Shown piece after piece: positions 41,307 through 49,300 of a stretch of 64,000 bases of DNA. The stretch is from assembly GCA_965238175.1 (NCBI GenBank), contig CBDEGZ010000003.1:1856001-1920000 (forward strand). Direction: 5' to 3'. The DNA is from Gammaproteobacteria bacterium. GTDB lineage: Bacteria > Pseudomonadota > Gammaproteobacteria > CAJXQU01. Position 1 is the stretch's first letter, and the number at the start of each line of letters is the position of its first letter. Below the pieces are notes generated by a model. It ran no database searches, was not told where the DNA came from, and saw only the letters and a program-made list of their open reading frames with translations. Both the position numbers and the translations under genes were made by a program.

Positions 41307-42532
41307 TGAAGCGTGTAGTTGTAACAGGGATGGCTGGTTTTTCACCAATTGGTAATGATTGGGAAACGATATATAAACGATTAAAAGAAATGAGCACAGG
41401 CATTATTTATATGAACGAATGGGATAAATATGAGGGTTTAAACACTCGACTTGGTGCTCCTATTGTTGATTTTGAAATGCCCGCACATTATCGGCGTAAA
41501 GAACTACGTAGTATGGGGCGTATAGCACAGTTTGCAGTACTTAGTGCGGAAGTTGCTTTGGAAGATGCTGGGCTACTGGATAGTGCAGAATTAAAAAGTG
41601 GTGATGTTGGGGTATCTTATGGTTCATCAGCAGGGGATACGTTAGCATTTGCAGATTTTGGCAATATGCTAACTAATCATTCTACGGATGGATTGAATGC
41701 AAATTCATATATTAAAATGATGGCACATACGGCTCCGGTAAATATCGGGATCTATTTTGGTTTGAGAGGTCGGATCGTCACAACTTCAAGCGCATGTACC
41801 TCTGGTAGTCAAGGTATAGGTTATGCATACGAAATGATCAAAAATGAGCAGCAAATTGCGATGATTGCAGGTGGAGCCGAAGGTTTGTGTGCAACCGAAG
41901 CTGCCGTATTCGATACACTTTATGCAACTAGTGTAAGGAATGATGAGCCGCACGTTTCCCCGCGTCCGTTTGATAAAGATCGGGATGGCCTGGTAATAGG
42001 TGAAGGTGGCGGTGCACTGATTCTTGAAGAGATGGAACATGCTCAATCAAGAGGCGCGACAATTTACGCAGAGGTGGTTGGTTTTGGAACTAACTCGGAT
42101 GGTAATCATGTGACACAACCTTCTACAGAGACAATGGAAATAGCAATTCGGTTGGCTTTAGATAATGCTAAGTTGTCAGCAAATGATATCGGTTACATCA
42201 GTGCCCATGGAACGGCTACGGATAAAGGCGATATTGCGGAAAGTCAGGCCACAGCAGCCGTTTTTGGAAATAAAACCCCAGTTAGCACACTTAAAAGTTT
42301 TACTGGTCATACTCTAGGAGCATGTGGAGCGCTCGAAGCTTGGACATCGATAGAGATGATGAATAATAATTGGTTTCATGCAACAGCAAATTTGGAAAAT
42401 ATCGACCCAGACTGTGGTGATCTTGATTATATTACGCATGAAGGAAAATTGATCGAAACAGAGTATGTAATGAGTAATAACTTTGCATTTGGAGGAATAA
42501 ATTCCTCTTTAATCTTTAAGCGATGGTCTTAA
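41306..42532 (+). CDS. Beta-ketoacyl-ACP synthase (ApeR-like)
   Basis: SSACTSG, RPFD..RDG, SAHGTAT, GHTLGACG and SNNFAFGG. Confidence 0.9.
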   Translation: MKRVVVTGMAGFSPIGNDWETIYKRLKEMSTGIIYMNEWDKYEGLNTRLGAPIVDFEMPAHYRRKELRSMGRIAQFAVLSAEVALEDAGLLDSAELKSGDVGVSYGSSAGDTLAFADFGNMLTNHSTDGLNANSYIKMMAHTAPVNIGIYFGLRGRIVTTSSACTSGSQGIGYAYEMIKNEQQIAMIAGGAEGLCATEAAVFDTLYATSVRNDEPHVSPRPFDKDRDGLVIGEGGGALILEEMEHAQSRGATIYAEVVGFGTNSDGNHVTQPSTETMEIAIRLALDNAKLSANDIGYISAHGTATDKGDIAESQATAAVFGNKTPVSTLKSFTGHTLGACGALEAWTSIEMMNNNWFHATANLENIDPDCGDLDYITHEGKLIETEYVMSNNFAFGGINSSLIFKRWS

Positions 42533-42570
42533 AGTAAATTTCACTATCCGATACTAAAAAGGAATACGTA

Positions 42571-43335
42571 ATGAATAACAGTAAATTTTTAACATTATTT
42601 CTCACAGTTATTATGGCTATGCCTTTGGTGGCTTTTTCAGCTGACGATGAGAGGATAGATAGTTATATAGAATTATTGGCAAAATCCGGTATGGAAAAGC
42701 AAAAGCAAAAGATGGTTGAAAGCCTTCAACGTTCTGGCTTATCAGATCCTCGTTTATTTGATCAGATAGAGAATCATCTGTTAGAAAGTATAGAACTTAG
42801 CTCAAGCCAAATAGGCTCAAAAAGAAAATTAATAACGCATATGCTTTTGTCTCTTGGATACAGTGGTAATGAAAAATACCGTCCTACACTGACCCTATAC
42901 ACTAGTAATGATACTGTTAACGGAAGGTTTCGCAGGTATGCGAATAAAGGGTTAAAGTTAATGACGCGTTTCAGGCATTGGCATAAATTAATAGCTACTA
43001 GTGAGATCGGTGTTGAAGGTAAGAGTATTGAAATTGCTACATACATGAAAATGCTAAACACCGATGATGTCTACGTTCAACGTTGGGCTGCAAGGGCTAT
43101 CTTTGAAGATAGTCTAAAAGATCCTGATCTATTAGCTCTTGCGGCAGAAAAATTAGAAGAGGTCTATCTAGAAAATTATCTGGATGGACCTGCTCAAGAT
43201 ACGGCTGCGTGGTTTTGCAAAGCAATTGGCCTCAATGGAGGTTCAGAATATAATGATTTGTTGAGAAGGGTTGCAAAGGATAGCCCGCATAAAAAGTTAA
43301 AAAGGTATGCTTCTAAATATGTGAAGCAGATCTAA
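42571..43335 (+). CDS. Secreted helical-repeat protein at the end of the APE cluster
   Basis: Signal peptide; GLSDPRLFD, LGYSGN.KY..TL and AW.CKA.G. Confidence 0.7.
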   Translation: MNNSKFLTLFLTVIMAMPLVAFSADDERIDSYIELLAKSGMEKQKQKMVESLQRSGLSDPRLFDQIENHLLESIELSSSQIGSKRKLITHMLLSLGYSGNEKYRPTLTLYTSNDTVNGRFRRYANKGLKLMTRFRHWHKLIATSEIGVEGKSIEIATYMKMLNTDDVYVQRWAARAIFEDSLKDPDLLALAAEKLEEVYLENYLDGPAQDTAAWFCKAIGLNGGSEYNDLLRRVAKDSPHKKLKRYASKYVKQI

Positions 43336-43347
43336 GAAAAGTATTAT

Positions 43348-43371
43348 GGCGTGACTCTCAAGTCACGTTTT
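43348..43371 (+). terminator. Rho-independent terminator closing the APE operon
   Basis: GGCGTGACT-CTCA-AGTCACGTT followed by Ts, 12 nt after the stop. Confidence 0.65.
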
Positions 43372-43377
43372 AGTCTC

Positions 43378-43516
43378 CATAAAATGGCTTGAAACTTGTG
43401 CGCTTTTCAAGGAATAGATACTAATCAGAATCTAGTTTTATCTCATAACTTATGAGATTTCAATGAATAGTCTATTCAACCCTAAAAAGTGCGAGAGTTT
43501 CAAAAGCATCATTATG
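43378..43516. repeat. Degenerate ~140-bp nested palindrome (MITE-like)
   Basis: TTGAAACT..TGCGCTTTT (43389-43407) pairs with AAAAGTGCG..AGTTTCAA (43485-43503). Central ATCTCATAA-C-TTATGAGAT. Confidence 0.5.
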
Positions 43517-43732
43517 ATTCTACTTTTCAGAACGATTTCAAGTTTAAAGGCGATGACTTTGTCTAAATGTAATTCAGTAATAGAACCAAACGATGGGCTA
43601 ATTTTGGTAATGAATCCATACTAACTTTAGAAAGGTACAATTTTTTAAAACGGGATTATTTTTGAATAATAGTAAAAATTTTAAGAATGACATTTGGAGA
43701 AATAAGTTACAGTCATAGTGAATAGGTAATTA

Positions 43733-43768
43733 TTGCGTGGCATTTTTAAAACTGTATAATTGCCTCGC
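43733..43768 (+). promoter_or_regulatory. Sigma-70 stable-RNA promoter of tRNA-Ser
   Basis: TTGCGT-16 nt-TATAAT followed by a GC-rich discriminator TGCCTCGC, immediately before the tRNA. Confidence 0.7.
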
Positions 43769-43770
43769 TT

Positions 43771-44088
43771 GGAGAGATGGCAGAGCGGTTGAATGCACTG
43801 GTCTTGTTCTAAATATATAATCGAGCCTTTATGTGGAAATGCATAAAGTGTAAGCAGTCAAATTCAGGGAAGCCTTAACAGTTAAGTTGATGGTAATCCT
43901 GAGCCAAGCTAACAAAAGTTAGAAGGTGCAGAGACTTGACGGCTGCTACCTAAATCGCATACGCGACATGGTAAAGAGAAAGTCCAGACCACAAACATAT
44001 TATGTATGGCAGCGAAAGCTGTAGATGGTAAGGAAAACCAGCAAGGGTGAATAGCCCTTCCAGGGTTCGAATCCCTGTCTCTCCGCCA
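43771..44088 (+). tRNA. serT: tRNA-Ser(UGA), intron-containing (exons 43771-43805 and 44033-44088)
   Basis: Joined exons give a 91-nt class II tRNA: acceptor GGAGAGA/TCTCTCC, G discriminator plus CCA, anticodon arm CTGGT-CT-TGA-AA-ACCAG, variable arm AAGGG/CCCTT and T arm CAGGG-TTCGAAT-CCCTG. Confidence 0.92.
43806..44032 (+). ncRNA. Group I self-splicing intron (IC3-like), 227 nt, no ORF
   Basis: 5' exon ends in U and intron ends in G. P AAATTCAGGGAA (43860-71), Q AATCCTGAGC (43895-904), R GTGCAGAGACTTGACGG (43926-42), S AAGAGAAAGTCC (43974-85). P3 AGCAGTC/GGCTGCT; P9 GCAGC-GAAA-GCTGT. Confidence 0.9.
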
Positions 44089-44096
44089 ATATTATC

Positions 44097-44118
44097 AGGC
44101 CCCGATTCGGGGCTTTTT
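44097..44118 (+). terminator. Rho-independent terminator of the tRNA gene
   Basis: AGGCCCCG-ATT-CGGGGCTTTTT. Confidence 0.85.
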
Positions 44119-44175
44119 GGTTTTTGGGCATATAAATTGCCTTTAATTCTGAATGGTTAGGAATAATTGTTAATT

Positions 44176-45261
44176 ATGAAAAGTAAGGTTTTAATTCTAC
44201 CAGGTGATGGAATTGGTCCTGAAATTGTCGACGAGGCTGTTAAAGTTCTCAACGTTTTATCTTCAGATTTTGGACTTGAAGTTGATCTTGAGTATGGGTT
44301 GATTGGTGGAGCAGCAATTGATGAGACTGGAAACCCTTTACCAGAAAGTTCTTTGCAACAAGCTCAAGCAGCAGATGCTGTTCTATTAGGTGCAGTAGGT
44401 GGGCCGAAGTGGGAAGCTCTGGATATTGCAATTAGACCTGAAAAAGGGTTGTTGAAAATTCGATCAGAACTGGAATTGTTTGCAAACTTACGACCAGCTT
44501 TAACCGCACCACAATTGGTCGAAGCATCTGCATTGCGATCAGAAGTGGTTTCCGGTTTAGATATTATGATTGTCAGAGAGTTAACGGGTGGTATATATTT
44601 TGGTCATCCACGCGGAGTCCGCGAGTTGAAAAATGGTGAAAAACAAGGGTTTAATACACTTATTTATAGTGAATCCGAGATTGAAAGAATAGGTCGTGTG
44701 GCATTTGAGGCTGCAATGAAAAGGGATCGTCGAGTCTGTTCTATTGATAAGGCTAATGTATTAGAGTCTACAGAACTATGGCGTGAGGTCATGATCGGAC
44801 TGGCTAAAGAGTATCCAGAGGTTGAGTTGACTCATATGTATGTCGATAATGCGGCAATGCAGTTAGTACGCGCTCCAAAACAATTCGATGTTATGGTGAC
44901 TACAAATATGTTTGGTGACATACTGTCTGATCTGGCATCTATGTTGACAGGCTCGATTGGAATGTTGCCTTCAGCTTCATTAGATAAAAATGCTAAGGGA
45001 ATGTATGAGCCCATTCATGGTTCTGCGCCTGATATTGCCGGACAGAATATTGCTAATCCATTGGCAACCATATTATCCGTTTCTATGATGCTTAGATATT
45101 CACTTGCTGAAGCGGAACAAGCTGACAGGGTAGAAAAAGCAGTAGACAACGTATTGACGGCTAACTATCGAACACCGGACATCTTTTCTGAAGGTATGAA
45201 GAAAGTTGGAACGGCAGAAATGGGAGATGCGGTTGTTACCGTGTTAAAAAGGTTAAGTTAA
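44176..45261 (+). CDS. leuB: 3-isopropylmalate dehydrogenase
   Basis: [29 protein letters not shown] and [13 protein letters not shown]. Confidence 0.96.
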   Translation: MKSKVLILPGDGIGPEIVDEAVKVLNVLSSDFGLEVDLEYGLIGGAAIDETGNPLPESSLQQAQAADAVLLGAVGGPKWEALDIAIRPEKGLLKIRSELELFANLRPALTAPQLVEASALRSEVVSGLDIMIVRELTGGIYFGHPRGVRELKNGEKQGFNTLIYSESEIERIGRVAFEAAMKRDRRVCSIDKANVLESTELWREVMIGLAKEYPEVELTHMYVDNAAMQLVRAPKQFDVMVTTNMFGDILSDLASMLTGSIGMLPSASLDKNAKGMYEPIHGSAPDIAGQNIANPLATILSVSMMLRYSLAEAEQADRVEKAVDNVLTANYRTPDIFSEGMKKVGTAEMGDAVVTVLKRLS

Positions 45262-45262
45262 A

Positions 45263-46288
45263 ATGAGCGATCGTAAATTCAATGTTGCAATCGTCGGGGC
45301 TACCGGTGCTGTCGGAGAAGTAATGCTGGAAATTCTTGAACAAAGAGATTTTCCGGTTGATAAGTTGTTTCTACTAGCGAGTAATCGCTCAGCCGGATCA
45401 AAATTAATGTTTCGCAGTAAGCAGATTACTGTGCAAAATTTGGAAGAGTTTGATTTTGCTGGTGTTGATATTGGTTTATTTTCTCCAGGTGCATCTGTCT
45501 CTAAAATCTACGCTCCAAGGGCTGTCGAAGCTGGTTGTGTGGTTATAGATAATACATCACAGTTTCGTTACGACGATGATATACCTCTCGTTGTGTCTGA
45601 AGTGAATCCTAATGCAATTGCAGACTATAAAAATCGTGGGATTATTGCGAATCCAAATTGTTCGACTATTCAGATGTTGGTTGCGTTAAAACCGATTTAT
45701 GATGCTGTCGGTATTGAACGATTAAATGTTTGTACTTATCAAGCAGTTTCAGGCACGGGTAAAGACGCAATCGAAGAACTTGCTAAGCAAACGGCTGATT
45801 TGTTGAATGCTAAAGAAGTTAAAACTAATGTTTATCCTAAACAGATTGCATTTAATGTATTGCCACATATAGATGTTTTTTATGAAAATGGTTATACCAA
45901 AGAAGAAATGAAAATGGTTTGGGAAACTAGAAAAATCATGGAGGATGACAGTATTGAGGTTAATCCAACAGCCGTTCGTGTTCCCGTTTTCTATGGTCAT
46001 TCTGAAGCGGTTCATCTTGAAACAAAAGACAAGATCACAACTGAACAAGCAAGAAAGATCTTGTCAAATGCACCAGGTATAACGGTAATGGATGAGCATG
46101 AAGATGGTGGATATCCAACAGCAGTAACCGAAGCTTCAGGAACGGATCCAGTTTTCGTTGGTAGAATACGAGAAGATATATCACATCCTCGAGGACTAAA
46201 TTTGTGGGTTGTGTCTGATAATGTTCGAAAAGGGGCAGCGTTAAATAGTGTTGAGATCGCTGAAATTTTAGTTAAAAAACATCTATAA
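45263..46288 (+). CDS. asd: Aspartate-semialdehyde dehydrogenase
   Basis: GATGAVG, ANPNCSTIQ, YQAVSGTG, GHSE and DNVRKGAALN. Confidence 0.96.
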   Translation: MSDRKFNVAIVGATGAVGEVMLEILEQRDFPVDKLFLLASNRSAGSKLMFRSKQITVQNLEEFDFAGVDIGLFSPGASVSKIYAPRAVEAGCVVIDNTSQFRYDDDIPLVVSEVNPNAIADYKNRGIIANPNCSTIQMLVALKPIYDAVGIERLNVCTYQAVSGTGKDAIEELAKQTADLLNAKEVKTNVYPKQIAFNVLPHIDVFYENGYTKEEMKMVWETRKIMEDDSIEVNPTAVRVPVFYGHSEAVHLETKDKITTEQARKILSNAPGITVMDEHEDGGYPTAVTEASGTDPVFVGRIREDISHPRGLNLWVVSDNVRKGAALNSVEIAEILVKKHL

Positions 46289-46378
46289 CTCTTGTGTTAT
46301 GTTAGTATCTATTTGGGACATAACAAGAGTTTAAGGGAATCTTATGATCAGAATGATCAAGGTTATGGGAGAAAAAAA

Positions 46379-49300
46379 GTGGCAAGAGTATTTTTCAATC
46401 GTTCTGTAAGAAAAGGACAACTTAAATCAACTGTGGATGTTTTACCGGCCATTTTAAGGAAGGGAATCTTAACCACATTTTTATTCTTGCCTATTTTGGC
46501 AAATGCACTTGGTCTTGGAACTTTAACGACAGAGTCTTCTTTAAACGAACCCTTTGAAGGCAGGATACAGCTTTTAAGTACAACTTCAGAAGAGTTACAG
46601 ACAATATCAGTAAACCTGGCAAGTGTAGAGCATTTCAAAAATGCGGGTATAGAAAGACCTTTTCTGCTTTTGGCACTTAAGTTTGAAATTGTAGAAGATC
46701 AGGCTGCTAGCTATCTTCGGATTTCTAGCGAAGAGGCGATAAAAGAGCCATTTCTTAATTTCCTGCTCGAAGTAAATTGGGCGAAAGGAAGATTAATTCG
46801 CGAATATACGGCTTTACTTGATCCCCCCATTTTTAATACAGACACACGCGTTGTTGATACTACAGATACTGCGGTATCGACACCTGTACAGGGTCGGCGA
46901 CAAAATATCAAAATAGAGCAACGCTCTGATAATACGGTTACTAGCCAAGTTGTACCCAGAAATGGATCAGCCAGAACTGCGCCGTCGTCAGATCGTACTT
47001 TAGATGATGAGTCGCTTGTATATCAAGAACAATTTAAGCAACAACAATCTCAAAACGTGTCAAGATCTCAATTTGAGTCATCGCTTATTAGAGGGTCCGA
47101 GTACACGACGAGGAAAGGCGATACATTGTGGGATATAGCACGAAAAGGAAGATCTGATCGTTCTGTTAGTATCCAGCAGATGATGTTGTCCATGCTAAAT
47201 TCAAACCCGGATGCTTTCGTTGACGATAATATTAACCGGTTAAAAACGGGCAAGGTACTCAGGTTGCCTGATCAGGCTGAAATTAACCAAATTAGTAAAA
47301 GTGAAGCGATTGCTCTGGTCAAGCAACATAATTCTCTTTGGGATGATTATAGACAAGGCTTGGCTTCTTCAGCAGCTATTCGTCCTACTGGAGCTGTTAC
47401 GTCAACTGGTACTGTTGTAGAAGATCAGGGAATGGCGGAAGAAGAATCCATTACAGAGCCTGAACTGCGGCTTGTTGGAACCCCAGATGGAAGTGTAGCA
47501 TCTGCCGAAGGTACTTCCGGTATAAGTGACGAAAATTTAAAAATCACACAAACACTTGAAGATGAAATTGCGCTAGCGAATGAACAGTTAAAGAGTGGTG
47601 AGAGTGAAAACTTCGAGTTGAAAGATCGACTTCAAGAGTCTGAAGAAATTGTTGAATTACTAAAACAACAAGTTGAATTGAAGAGTCAGGAACTTGCAGC
47701 AATTCAGAAAAAACTGAGAGAGACTAATCAATCAGAAGCTATGGCAGAAGATGAATCCATGCTTGAAGATGAATCGATGCTTGAAGATGAATCTATGCTT
47801 GAAGATGAATCCATGCTTGAAGATGAATCGATGCTTGAAGATGAATCCATGCTTGAAGATGAATCCATGCTTGAAGATGAACCGATGCTTGAAGATGAAT
47901 CCATGCTTGAAGATGAATCCATGCTCGAAGATGAATCCATGCTCGAAGATGAATCCATGCTCGAAGATGAATCCATGCTCGAAGATGAATCGATGCTCGA
48001 AGATGAATCGATGCTCGAAGATGAATCGATGCTCGAAGATGAATCGATGCTTGAAGATGAATCGATGCTCGAAGATGAATCGATGCTCGAAGATAGCTCT
48101 GAGGAAAGCATTGATGATATTTTAGCCCAGCTTGAAGAAGAAGATGAGTTTGAGGTGAATTCAGAAGAAGGCACTGTCTATTCAGAAAACCAAGCAGAGG
48201 CGGCAGCTGATGAAGATACAACAGAGTATGGAGAATATGACGAGCCAGTAGAAGATCTGACGGGCATGGAAGATGAAACAGAATTTTTTAGAGAAGAAAG
48301 TAACACTGATGACATGAGGGAAGAATCTTCTTCTTTAACGGAAAAACCGGATCAGAAAATGATGATTGAAGATGAAGTTCCTAATTCTTCATCTGGGCTG
48401 TTTGAGAGTTTTATACCGACAAGTGTTTTGGAAATGATACCTGGTGGTGCTATAACTATCCTTGGAATTTTAGTAGCTATTGTGGCGTTTTTGTTGTTTG
48501 GTATATTCAAAATATTTGGTGGTAAATCAAAAGAAAAAGCTGAAATTCTGGATTTTTCAGATCCAGGGTTTATCGGTGAAGAAGATCAGTTTGAAACAGT
48601 AGTGAATAATTTTGAGGAAGTTGATGAGGAAAGTGTTGAAGTCCCTCTAGCAAATGAGAACGAATTTACAGGTGGTACTTCGAGTGAAATTGATGATGTT
48701 GAGTTAGAAGCAGAAATAGATTTTGGTGCTAATGATGATGAATTATTCCTTGAAGGGGATTTTGATCCTAACCTCGAACCCGAATCCGAACTCGAACCCG
48801 AACCCGAAAGGATGGAAGTTGCTCAAAGAGAAGTCGAGCCTGATTTAGAAGGAATTCCAGAACAGGACGACGATGAGATCATGACAGATGGTCTGGTCGA
48901 TCTTAACGACACATTACAACAGATGAAACCTCTCTTGGAGCAAACTGAAGGAGGTGGTTTTGAAGAAGATCCTTTAGAAGAGGTTAATCTATCATTAGCT
49001 TATGAACAATTCGATAAAGCTGAAAAATTGGTAAAAAAAGCAATAGAAGAGCACCCAGAACAAGATGGTTATAAGTTGCGACTGCTTGAAGTTCACTACG
49101 CCGCAAATGACATGAACTCATATGAGGGTGCTGCAAAATCACTCCACAAGGTTACTAGCGGTGAAGGTCATTTATGGGATAGCGCTGTTGCAATGTGGAC
49201 AGAGATGTCACCTGACAGAGAACTGTTTGCTCCCATTGTAGAGCCAGAAAGTCCTGTTGAGGAAGTAGGAGAGTTTAGTACTGCAATGCCACCTGGCGAA

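Noticed and set aside
43805-44031. Alternative splice register giving tRNA-Ser(GGA)
   Set aside because: It also yields a 7-nt anticodon loop, but the intron would end in A rather than the required terminal G and the P1 U-G pair would be lost.
43806-44032. Insert as a prophage/IS scar or homing-endonuclease carrier
   Set aside because: No target duplication, IRs or ORF; the whole length is accounted for by group I helices.
47747-48088. Possible CRISPR array
   Set aside because: Head-to-tail 18-bp units with no unique spacers, in frame within fimV, and no cas genes in the window.
47728-48221. Alternative-frame ORFs (MNPCLK, SSSID and ASIHLR repeats)
   Set aside because: By-products of a stop-free tandem repeat read in other frames.
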